A stretch of 35,192 nucleotides of DNA from the IMG/VR virus record IMGVR_UViG_3300027956_000028, positions 1 through 35,192 of that record; one strand, 5' to 3'. Source of the DNA: a virus (Duplodnaviria > Caudoviricetes). The notes under the pieces are model-generated. The model was not told the origin of the DNA. It made no database searches and saw only the letters and a list, made by a program, of their open reading frames with translations. Below are positions 27,367-34,163 of the stretch, in pieces (the first letter of the stretch is position 1; each line of letters begins with the position of its first letter). Both the position numbers and the translations under genes were made by a program.

Positions 27367-27782
27367 TCCAGCTCCTCTGTGTACTTCCCGGCGAGTGCAT
27401 CCGTGCGCGCGTTCGCCTTGTCCCGACCTTCCTGTAATCCCTCCGCCCGCGCCGCGTCCGAAGCCGACTTGATAAAGGCATCCAGGCGGCTATTGACCGA
27501 CAGGTGCGTTTCCCGAGCCTGCCGGTTCGTCTCCTGCGATTTCATCAGAGATAGTATCGACGTGGTCGTGGGAGTGAGGAACGCGAACACGACTCCAGAC
27601 ACAACCAGAACATCGAAGTCGGGGCGCAGAGAAACAAGCGCCACTACCCCGCCGATGCCGATCACGAGCGAGATCAGCACGGCCACCAGGTAGGGCGTAT
27701 TGGTGTTCGGGTTCATCTTGGCAAACATTGCCCGGAATTTATCTGTGTCTGAAAGTTCTTCCGGCGTCTTTTTCTTTTTCAT
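27363..27782 (-). CDS. Two-TM holin-like protein
   Basis: ATG at 27782, two hydrophobic helices and 'H..VNSRLD', upstream of the endolysin. Confidence 0.6.
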   Translation of the reverse strand: MKKKKTPEELSDTDKFRAMFAKMNPNTNTPYLVAVLISLVIGIGGVVALVSLRPDFDVLVVSGVVFAFLTPTTTSILSLMKSQETNRQARETHLSVNSRLDAFIKSASDAARAEGLQEGRDKANARTDALAGKYTEELE

Positions 27783-28153
27783 CCGACCGCCTTTCTGCTG
27801 ATATCCTGAATGATCTTCATCAGCTTCGGGTCCGTCTCCAGTTCGAGCGGCGGCAGCGGCGGTTGTTTTCCGATCTGGACGATGTACTCCAGAAGGGCAT
27901 ACACGTACTGCCACAGGGCTGTGTTCTTGGAAATGAACATCGACTGCTCGCGCTTGAGATTGATCACCTCATCCGACAGCTCGCGGACCTTGTCCACCAA
28001 TTCCTGGAACGTCTCGATTTCCACGGCGCTGGCGTCGGCTTTGTCCTTGCGAGCCTTGGCTTGGTTGGTTGCCCGGTTTCCGAAAAAGACAATCGCGCCG
28101 CCCACAACCGATGCAATGGCAGCAATGATCGAGATCAGTATGGGATTATCCAT
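27779..28153 (-). CDS. N-terminal TM plus coiled-coil lysis-module protein
   Basis: Hydrophobic N-terminus, heptad region and a 'PPLPP' tail. Confidence 0.65.
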   Translation of the reverse strand: MDNPILISIIAAIASVVGGAIVFFGNRATNQAKARKDKADASAVEIETFQELVDKVRELSDEVINLKREQSMFISKNTALWQYVYALLEYIVQIGKQPPLPPLELETDPKLMKIIQDISRKAVG

Positions 28154-28400
28154 TCAAGGCCTCAGAGATCAGATAGGCAAGGATCACAGCTTGAAAGAAA
28201 CGCATCCATAACCTGACCTCAAACTCTGGAATAACCCCCAGGATCACCAGTCCGTAGACCACCGCGACATACAGGGCGATAAATAGCCCGCTGATACGCA
28301 ACCCCCTGCGCAAATTCTCTTTGCCAGTGCGCCGCCAGTTGACCCAGATGGCAATGACCGCCAGCGCAAAATTGAGCACAACCCAGATATCGATCATCAT
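28146..28400 (-). CDS. Three-TM membrane protein (holin candidate)
   Basis: 84 aa with three hydrophobic segments. Confidence 0.6.
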   Translation of the reverse strand: MMIDIWVVLNFALAVIAIWVNWRRTGKENLRRGLRISGLFIALYVAVVYGLVILGVIPEFEVRLWMRFFQAVILAYLISEALNG

Positions 28401-28462
28401 GAGGAGATGTCCCGAGTGGGCGTCCAGGCCTTCCGAGGAGGACGCCCACCCGTATCGAAGGA

Positions 28463-28867
28463 CTACTTGAGCAGCGCCTGCGCCCGTTCGCGATGGAACA
28501 CAACCCGGATGTATCCGAGGGTGGCAAGCACCGCAAGCAGGACATTCAAACCGATCATCACGTAGATGTCATACTGGGCCGGCACCACGTCGATTAGTCC
28601 CTGGAGTTGCAGGATCAGGAACTCGGAGACGCCCACCGCCAGCCCTGCACCCAGACCGCGCAGATCGATACCCACTTTGTCGAATGCCCATTGGAGCCCA
28701 AACGTCACCCCAAACAGAACCAGGGCGTTGATCGCCAATTTGAGTTCGATCGGAAGCTGGACTGCCTGGGATGTGGCAATTGCACCGGGGGCCGGAGTAC
28801 ACGCCGAGAGGGAAAAGAGAAACACCAACGCCAGGACTGCAAACAAGAACAACTTACTTATCTTCAT
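28463..28867 (-). CDS. Lipoprotein/membrane protein, first gene of the lysis operon
   Basis: Lipobox 'LSAC' followed by three hydrophobic segments, with an AAGGAG RBS. Confidence 0.7.
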   Translation of the reverse strand: MKISKLFLFAVLALVFLFSLSACTPAPGAIATSQAVQLPIELKLAINALVLFGVTFGLQWAFDKVGIDLRGLGAGLAVGVSEFLILQLQGLIDVVPAQYDIYVMIGLNVLLAVLATLGYIRVVFHRERAQALLK

Positions 28868-28887
28868 GGGAAACTCCTTTTGTGAAC

Positions 28888-29008
28888 AAAAAAAGACGGC
28901 CGCGCAAAACCTTATCAGGTTTCACACGGCCATCCTTGGATCTCCGTCTCGCTCGCGCCCATCCGTAGATCTGCGCGAACTATTTACTTGACAAGATTCA
29001 TTCTACCA
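28888..29008 (-). promoter_or_regulatory. Extended -10 promoter and leader terminator of the lysis operon
   Basis: TGGTAGAAT (29000-29008), then CAAGTAAAT, then hairpin GATGGCCGTGTGAAACCT...AGGTTTTGCGCGGCCGTC followed by seven T residues. Confidence 0.65.
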
Positions 29009-29293
29009 CTACTTGAGCAGTTTATCCCCTTCCGCCTTGACGGTCCCGGCTGCCTTCCAGAACGATTGCCACAACCCGCGCAGCGTACGCCTCTGCCCAT
29101 CTTCGATCCGGGAGAGCTTCGCGTCGATGCCATGCAGGGAGTCGTTCACCTGCCGGAACACCTTCACTACATCCGGCGCTTCGAGGTCTGCGTTCTCCGG
29201 GCGCTCGTGGAGGTTCAGGAGGGCGTGATATACCGCGCGCGTCTTGGTTGTGTCGTTGCCGAACCATTTAGGGACCGATAAAGGGTTGTTCAT
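29009..29293 (-). CDS. Hypothetical protein upstream of the lysis promoter
   Basis: 94 aa from the ATG at 29293, with a GGAG RBS. Confidence 0.65.
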   Translation of the reverse strand: MNNPLSVPKWFGNDTTKTRAVYHALLNLHERPENADLEAPDVVKVFRQVNDSLHGIDAKLSRIEDGQRRTLRGLWQSFWKAAGTVKAEGDKLLK

Positions 29294-29386
29294 GCTTGCT
29301 CCAGTGGCACCGCGCTTTGTAGCACCGACGCGCGCGGTTGTCAATACAAATATCCTACAATAGGGCTACGGGGTGAGTGCAGCGTC

Positions 29387-29509
29387 GCCGAACGGCGCGT
29401 TACTTGCGGGGCGGTTCTTCGGTGATATTCGACCAATCGAAACCGCCTATCGAGCCATCATCCATTTTTCGCCAGCTTTTAGCCCCGTCAGGTGCACGCT
29501 TTGTTAGGT
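29387..29509 (-). mobile_element. attC site (123 bp)
   Basis: Minus strand R'' ACCTAAC, spacer AAAGC, left arm GTGCACCTGACGGGGC, right arm GCCCCGCAAGTAAC, R' GTTCGGC. The arms pair with two unpaired extra bases. Confidence 0.8.
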
Positions 29510-29730
29510 GCGGCACAACTGGAGTATTACGATGGCGACGAAATGCTGACGTACTGCGGTTGTCTCTCCATGCGCGGATTCGCAACTTGCCACCAGCCAC
29601 TGTAAAGCGGAACCGATGAACCAAACCGCAATCACAACAGGCGATTTTATAATCTTTATGCCGCCAATCTAAATCAACGGCTTGTCCTTCTTCAATGTTT
29701 GGATAATCATTTGCCATGTGAACCACCTAA
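29393..29730 (-). mobile_element. Integrated integron-type gene cassette
   Basis: Begins at G|TTAGGTG (29731-29724), the exact complement of CACCTAAC at R''. It carries one ORF and ends at G|TTCGGC. Confidence 0.75.
29400..29717 (-). CDS. Cassette-borne CCDC..VH protein reading through attC
   Basis: Paralog of 21310..21528. The C-terminal 'HLTKRAPDG...' is translated attC sequence. Confidence 0.8.
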   Translation of the reverse strand: MANDYPNIEEGQAVDLDWRHKDYKIACCDCGLVHRFRFTVAGGKLRIRAWRDNRSTSAFRRHRNTPVVPHLTKRAPDGAKSWRKMDDGSIGGFDWSNITEEPPRK

Positions 29731-29731
29731 C

Positions 29732-30016
29732 TTATGACTTTACAAGCACGCGCTTTATTTCGCGTGCAGGTTCAAGGCTCTCCGCCTCTTTCATGATATC
29801 CGCCGCAAGTCTTGGACAGCCGCCATGTGTTCCAAGCAGCATATACTCCCCCGCCAGTTCCAGCAGCGCCTCCCGGTCTCCTGCCACAAGCGCCCGCGTG
29901 TGCCTCTCGTTCATCTGCCCAAGCTGTTCAATGGCGGCGGTCTCTTTCGGCTTGCGCTTCACCTGCATCGCGAAGCGTTCCACGATCTTGGGCTGTTCAG
30001 CAATAATGGTATTCAT
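29732..30016 (-). CDS. Hypothetical protein
   Basis: 94-aa ORF coupled to the upstream gene. Confidence 0.65.
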   Translation of the reverse strand: MNTIIAEQPKIVERFAMQVKRKPKETAAIEQLGQMNERHTRALVAGDREALLELAGEYMLLGTHGGCPRLAADIMKEAESLEPAREIKRVLVKS

Positions 30017-30243
30017 TAGCGCTCCAGCATGATATGAACACTGCCAACTCTTTCGGAGCAGGGAACACGGACAGGCGCTCCGTTTTGATAGGGGCTTTCG
30101 GGTCCGCGTATCTTCCAGCCCAATTCCGTCCCTGCCGGGTTTTTCCGGTTAGCAAACTCGATCACCTGCTCGTCTGTCCAATCCGCAGGTACACAGACCT
30201 GCATGTCTAAGGCTCCCGACCGCGTCATGACTGCCGTGTTCAT
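30016..30243 (-). CDS. Hypothetical phage protein
   Basis: 75 aa containing 'MQVCVP.DWTDEQV..FAN..NP.GT..GW.IR', with a GAGGA RBS. Confidence 0.7.
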   Translation of the reverse strand: MNTAVMTRSGALDMQVCVPADWTDEQVIEFANRKNPAGTELGWKIRGPESPYQNGAPVRVPCSERVGSVHIMLER

Positions 30244-30359
30244 AGTTCCTCGTCGGAGTTGATGCGCTTCTCAAATCGACCGCCGGCGAAGCCTGTCTTA
30301 TATCCAACAATCAAGCCGATGATCAAGCCAGCCAGAAAAATGATGATATAGATTGTCAT
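30240..30359 (-). CDS. 39-aa single-TM protein
   Basis: MTIYIIIFLAGLIIGLIVGY..., with a GGAGG RBS and ATGA coupling. Confidence 0.55.
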   Translation of the reverse strand: MTIYIIIFLAGLIIGLIVGYKTGFAGGRFEKRINSDEEL

Positions 30360-30592
30360 TTCAGCCTCCAATAGCTGTTCGCTTCCGCCAGGATCTTCTC
30401 GGCGCGCTCTTTGCCGAAGATCTCCAGGCACCTCTCACAAGTCACGATAAGAGACTTGTTCCCACTCTTATCCGTCTTTGAAATATCTTCCTTGAACTCG
30501 CTCTTGTTCTCGGAGATGTAGCCGCACGCGGCTTTGTAGGTCGTGGGTTCGCCCGGCGTACAGGACGTGCGAGCGACGAGGTGGGTGTTCAT
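30356..30592 (-). CDS. Hypothetical Zn-binding protein
   Basis: 'H...ACG...VTCERC' motif. Confidence 0.6.
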   Translation of the reverse strand: MNTHLVARTSCTPGEPTTYKAACGYISENKSEFKEDISKTDKSGNKSLIVTCERCLEIFGKERAEKILAEANSYWRLK

Positions 30593-30921
30593 AGCTTCTT
30601 TCTCATTTCGTCTCTCGTTGCCTTTGCCATCTGTCCGACCTTCTGCCTCTGCCCGTCGAACCAGGCTCGCGCCTCAGGGGTATCCTGTAACCATTTCGGC
30701 AAAGGTCGCACCCCGCGCGGCTTCTTCAAGCCCAGCAAGACCAACAGGCGCTTATCCTTCGGCAACCACTCGCCGCCTTTGTTTGCAATCCGGTTGATGG
30801 TTGCATGGCTGATCTGGTTGCCGTAATCCTCGCGGGCGATCGTGCGCCACGATCTGCCTTTGGCGTTTTCGTCGCAGAGGCGTTTTGCGAGTTTCCGGGC
30901 GCGGGCAGCAGAAATGTACAT
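30589..30921 (-). CDS. Putative HTH protein
   Basis: 'SWRTIAREDYGNQISHATINRIA' resembles an HTH. Confidence 0.6.
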   Translation of the reverse strand: MYISAARARKLAKRLCDENAKGRSWRTIAREDYGNQISHATINRIANKGGEWLPKDKRLLVLLGLKKPRGVRPLPKWLQDTPEARAWFDGQRQKVGQMAKATRDEMRKKL

Positions 30922-30961
30922 TGATGTCTTTCCGTGATGCTGGAGGGGCTGTAACAAGTCG

Positions 30962-31123
30962 TTACAACTGCCTCAGAGCCATGTCGACCAGCCGGCGGTT
31001 CACCGGGTGGAAGCCGTCCACGCTCGGCGCAGGTTTTGCGCGCTCTCGCTCCACGTCCAGGATGAACGATGCGACCGCCGCCAGCATGGTTAGTTTGATT
31101 AGGATGGCGACTAAGTCTGGCAT
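30962..31123 (-). CDS. 53-aa protein with a hydrophobic N-terminus
   Basis: MPDLVAILIKLTMLAAVASFILDVER... fills the gap between neighbouring genes. Confidence 0.4.
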   Translation of the reverse strand: MPDLVAILIKLTMLAAVASFILDVERERAKPAPSVDGFHPVNRRLVDMALRQL

Positions 31124-31482
31124 TCGTTCTCACTCAGGAAGCTGGCGTTGACCCAGGCCACGTCGCCGTTCCATTCGATCTGTGCCCAGCCTCCCAGGCA
31201 TTCGCCGGTCAGGGTTACATTGTCGCCGGAGTAGAGATAGCCGATCACAGACGCGTTCTCGTTCGGCTCCTGCCGGACGTGGAGGGACTGGATCGCCGTG
31301 ACTGTGGAAACTGTTGGCAGTTCCGCGGTAGGCGTTGATACTGCGGGGACTGCCAACGCTTCGGCGGTCGGGGTGGGTGAAACTGTTGGCAACGGGTCTG
31401 TGATCGCCGGCATGATCTCAGGAGAGCAGGCCGCGAGTATCAGGCTTGCCAGTATCAGATGTTTTGCCAGTATCGAATTCAT
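31111..31482 (-). CDS. Lipoprotein with an SH3b domain
   Basis: Lipobox LAAC, Pro/Thr linker and 'LHVRQEP.....VIGYL..GD.V...G....GW..I......WV...FL'. Confidence 0.85.
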   Translation of the reverse strand: MNSILAKHLILASLILAACSPEIMPAITDPLPTVSPTPTAEALAVPAVSTPTAELPTVSTVTAIQSLHVRQEPNENASVIGYLYSGDNVTLTGECLGGWAQIEWNGDVAWVNASFLSENECQT

Positions 31483-31952
31483 AGTTCAGCCTCTTGTCAC
31501 CGCGATACTGTCAATCAGGATGTTTCCTTTGCCAGTATCGAATCCAAAGGAATGTTCGGGATGCTCAACTGCTATGTAAATCTTCCCGTCCTTTGCCAGT
31601 ATCGCGACTTTGCACCCGAACGAGCGGAGGTCGAAACAGTCGGTCTGCAAGAGTGATACTGTCTCGCCCAGGGTCTGCGGCTTTGTTCCGTTCGTTTCTT
31701 TCGCGATACTGGCTGGCTCGATACTGGCGACTTCGGGGAGTGGTTGCGATGGGGCCGCCGTAGGGTCGTTTTCGCTTGCCAGTATCGGGGTCTTTGTAGT
31801 CCCATTGCCAGTAGTGATGTCCGGTTTTTCGAGTTGTTCCATCTTTACCTTTGCGCTTTCCTTCAAAGAACGAGATACGTCTGCCTTCAGAAACGTCCGT
31901 GCCAGTATCGCTTGCCAGTATCGAATCCAATTGTTCCAGTACCGATACTGAC
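31433..31952. repeat. Dispersed array of GCCAGTATCG in both orientations
   Basis: Exact copies at 31466, 31531, 31595, 31778, 31901 and 31914 (+) and at 31704 and 31719 (-). Variants at 31433, 31448, 31503, 31654, 31807, 31935 and 31943. Confidence 0.9.
31486..31842 (-). CDS. Hypothetical protein overlapping 31565..31972
   Basis: ATG at 31842 after AAAGGT. Disordered N-terminus, globular-looking C-terminus, and a stop 3 nt before the lipoprotein start. Confidence 0.5.
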   Translation of the reverse strand: MEQLEKPDITTGNGTTKTPILASENDPTAAPSQPLPEVASIEPASIAKETNGTKPQTLGETVSLLQTDCFDLRSFGCKVAILAKDGKIYIAVEHPEHSFGFDTGKGNILIDSIAVTRG

Positions 31953-31972
31953 ACGGACTCTGCTCTATACAC
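31565..31972 (-). CDS. Small basic putative DNA-binding protein
   Basis: 3' part of the 344-codon ORF, containing 'GHHYWQWDYKDPDTGKRKRPYGG', a basic/aromatic beta-hairpin-like segment. The start is uncertain (GTG at 31972). Confidence 0.5.
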   Translation of the reverse strand: MYRAESVSVSVLEQLDSILASDTGTDVSEGRRISFFEGKRKGKDGTTRKTGHHYWQWDYKDPDTGKRKRPYGGPIATTPRSRQYRASQYRERNERNKAADPGRDSITLADRLFRPPLVRVQSRDTGKGREDLHSS

Positions 31973-31983
31973 CTCCGCCGGCT

Positions 31984-32700
31984 CTACCTCCGCGACGGAG
32001 GCCGGATAGGGTCCGGGCTGCTGTGCCCGTTGTTTCCGGCTTCTGTTGACACTCGCAGGGTCCGCTCCATATCCTGCCAACTCTTTTCGCCCTGCTCCCT
32101 TCCGAGTACCGGGGCGCTCTCCTCTGCCAGTTCTTTGTAGCGTTTGGCGCGGGCTTGCGCCATGTTTTTTCGTGCGTCGGCGTCTGCCTGTTTGATCGCC
32201 TTCTCCGCCTCCCTGTTCGTCTTGGCAATCACGCGCCGCAGCGACGCTTCCTCGCTGAAGAAGTAGTGCAGGGTTGCCAGCACTCCCTGCGCTACCGCAA
32301 GAGTCGGAACCACATACACCACCGTCTTTTGTGCCCACTCCGGCACATTTGCAAAGACAGTAAAGATCTGTTCGAGCTGCGCATTCTTCGCCACAATAGT
32401 CACAGAGGCCAGGTCGGTCACGGCGATAGAGACCCACGCCAACCCGGACCCAAGGATAGCGGCTCCCATCTGTACATAATTGCCGTAGTCCTCGATCCGG
32501 TTTGCCCAATACAGACTCGCCCCCTCCGCCAGGAGGACGAGAGCGATCACATAGAGCCAGTTGTGGGTGTACGACCATGCGGCGTAACCTGTCAGGCAAC
32601 CCGTCACGGTCAGGGCGGCATAGCGAAGCCAGTGCCGGGAGAGTCCGGCGAAAAAGTTGATCAGTTTTCGATTTGTCTGGTTTTGGTTTTCTGTTTCCAT
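31984..32700 (-). CDS. Four-TM membrane protein with a C-terminal coiled coil
   Basis: Four hydrophobic segments followed by an Ala/Glu/Lys/Arg helix, with an AAGGA RBS. Confidence 0.8.
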   Translation of the reverse strand: METENQNQTNRKLINFFAGLSRHWLRYAALTVTGCLTGYAAWSYTHNWLYVIALVLLAEGASLYWANRIEDYGNYVQMGAAILGSGLAWVSIAVTDLASVTIVAKNAQLEQIFTVFANVPEWAQKTVVYVVPTLAVAQGVLATLHYFFSEEASLRRVIAKTNREAEKAIKQADADARKNMAQARAKRYKELAEESAPVLGREQGEKSWQDMERTLRVSTEAGNNGHSSPDPIRPPSRR

Positions 32701-32715
32701 AACTAAATTCCTTTC

Positions 32716-32991
32716 CTACAAATCGTCGTTATCGACAAATGAGATTTCCCAGCGGTTGGGTCCAACGTGCGTATGCACTTCGGTAACATTGCCGGCCTCG
32801 GTCGTGCCGGCTGTGATCCTGCTGACATCCTCGCCGCTGCAGGCCCGCACCTCGATGACCGTCCGACCGCACTTGTCTTTGTGCGTGCCGGTGATCGAAG
32901 GCGGAATATATACGTCGTAGGGGTCTGGCTGGGAAGCTAACTCGGACATAATCCCTACTGTGTGGCGAACTAAAGATTTCAAGAAACTCAT
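32716..32991 (-). CDS. Hypothetical protein
   Basis: 91 aa with an AAGGAG RBS. Confidence 0.65.
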   Translation of the reverse strand: MSFLKSLVRHTVGIMSELASQPDPYDVYIPPSITGTHKDKCGRTVIEVRACSGEDVSRITAGTTEAGNVTEVHTHVGPNRWEISFVDNDDL

Positions 32992-33082
32992 ACGGTGCTC
33001 CTTTTGGTAAAATCTGGCTGTCCGCTTGCGCGGGTAGGTGCTCCGCTGCTCTTGCCAGCAGCTCCGCGCAGGCGGACACTAA

Positions 33083-33304
33083 TTATTTGCTTGCCCGTCT
33101 CTTCTCGACCAGATCCAGGACAAACGCGGCGAGCAGGATGAGCGCAGACGCAATGCCGACGACGATCCAGTAGATGTCTATAAGGCGCAGCGTCATATAT
33201 GCGATCACGACGAACAACACAAGCGTGTAGTATCGTTCGCGCTTTGCCTGAGCTGCTCGGGCGATCTCGTCGGCGCGGTCTGCGTCGGCAGTGAAGGGAG
33301 TCAT
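33083..33304 (-). CDS. Two-TM membrane protein
   Basis: 73 aa with ATGA coupling. Confidence 0.65.
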   Translation of the reverse strand: MTPFTADADRADEIARAAQAKRERYYTLVLFVVIAYMTLRLIDIYWIVVGIASALILLAAFVLDLVEKRRASK

Positions 33305-33819
33305 TTCTTTGCCGCCTTCATACCTTCCTTGAAGGCTTCGTTTAGCCGCTTGAAATCCTCTTCTTTCCCGCCAACGTCGGGGTGGTGGACCATCGACAGG
33401 GCACGGAAGGCGCTGCGGATATCCTCACGCGTGGCGTCTGCCTGCACGCCCAATATCTTGAACCATGGATCCTTCCCATCCCCAAGCAGCAGGGCAGTGT
33501 CGTCCGGCGTTGCCAGGAAGCCATTGAAAATACGGTCGAATTCGATGTCGAAGGACGACTCGATAATGTCTTCGGCGTAGACTTCCAGCGCCCGGTACAG
33601 GTACTCGATCTGTAAGCCGATCACCCGCAGGTTGTCCAGGGAGTTTTCGTACTTTGAGCACTCCCGGACGTAGCGCTTCCCGGCGCGGTCGAAGGTGACT
33701 TTCACGCCGCCGCCCATCACGTCCTGCTCCAGGCGCAGGGACGTGGCATTGATCTTTGTCATGACCCGCTGGAGGTCGCGGGTGGTCGTGCTCTGTTGTG
33801 CCGCAAAACGTCGTGGCAT
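33301..33819 (-). CDS. Phage J-domain (DnaJ-like) protein
   Basis: C-terminal 'WFKILGV..DAT..DIR.AFR.L....HPD.GG..E.F..LNEAF'. Start is the ATG at 33819. Confidence 0.85.
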   Translation of the reverse strand: MPRRFAAQQSTTTRDLQRVMTKINATSLRLEQDVMGGGVKVTFDRAGKRYVRECSKYENSLDNLRVIGLQIEYLYRALEVYAEDIIESSFDIEFDRIFNGFLATPDDTALLLGDGKDPWFKILGVQADATREDIRSAFRALSMVHHPDVGGKEEDFKRLNEAFKEGMKAAKK

Positions 33820-33947
33820 TACAAAATTCCTTTCTCGATCAGGATCGACATCACAACAATGACGACGATAGCCCATATAATGGGGGCGCATCCGTCCCGC
33901 CAATCACCGCCGCCTGAACCCGGGAAGGTGCTAGGAAACATGCTCAT
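33819..33947 (-). CDS. 42-aa single-TM protein
   Basis: MSMFPSTFPGSGGGDWRDGCAPIIWAIVVIVVMSILIEKGIL, with a GGAGGTGA RBS and TAATG coupling. Confidence 0.55.
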   Translation of the reverse strand: MSMFPSTFPGSGGGDWRDGCAPIIWAIVVIVVMSILIEKGIL

Positions 33948-34161
33948 GGATCACCTCCACTTCTCGCATCGAAGAATTCCCGGTGGGTATCTGGCTGGTT
34001 TCATAAGTCCTCTCTTTCTGAATAAAAACTATCGGTATTTTTTCTGTGATCGGCTGCGCGCCCTTGCACATCCACACATCGCGGATGTCCAGGACCGTCT
34101 CGGCCGTGACGACCGCGCGGGCCGGGGTGAGGGGAAAGTGGCAATGAGGGCAGGTGATCAT
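33931..34161 (-). CDS. Small hypothetical CxxC protein
   Basis: 76 aa starting 'MITCPHC'. Confidence 0.55.
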   Translation of the reverse strand: MITCPHCHFPLTPARAVVTAETVLDIRDVWMCKGAQPITEKIPIVFIQKERTYETSQIPTGNSSMREVEVIHEHVS

Positions 34162-34163
34162 AG

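Noticed and set aside
26168-27481. 437-aa version of the endolysin from the ORF track
   Set aside because: The N-terminal extension overlaps two better-supported membrane ORFs. The start at 27277 (or 27223) is more plausible.
25507-29375. CTACGGGGTG shared between the hairpin at 25507 and about 29367
   Set aside because: It is a single 10-bp match with no further similarity and is compatible with chance.
31308-31391. Direct repeat GAAACTGTTGGCA
   Set aside because: Explained by the repeated LPTVS peptide in the lipoprotein linker.
31433-31952. Repeat array as a CRISPR array
   Set aside because: The repeats are only 10-19 bp, irregularly spaced and in both orientations, and there are no cas genes.
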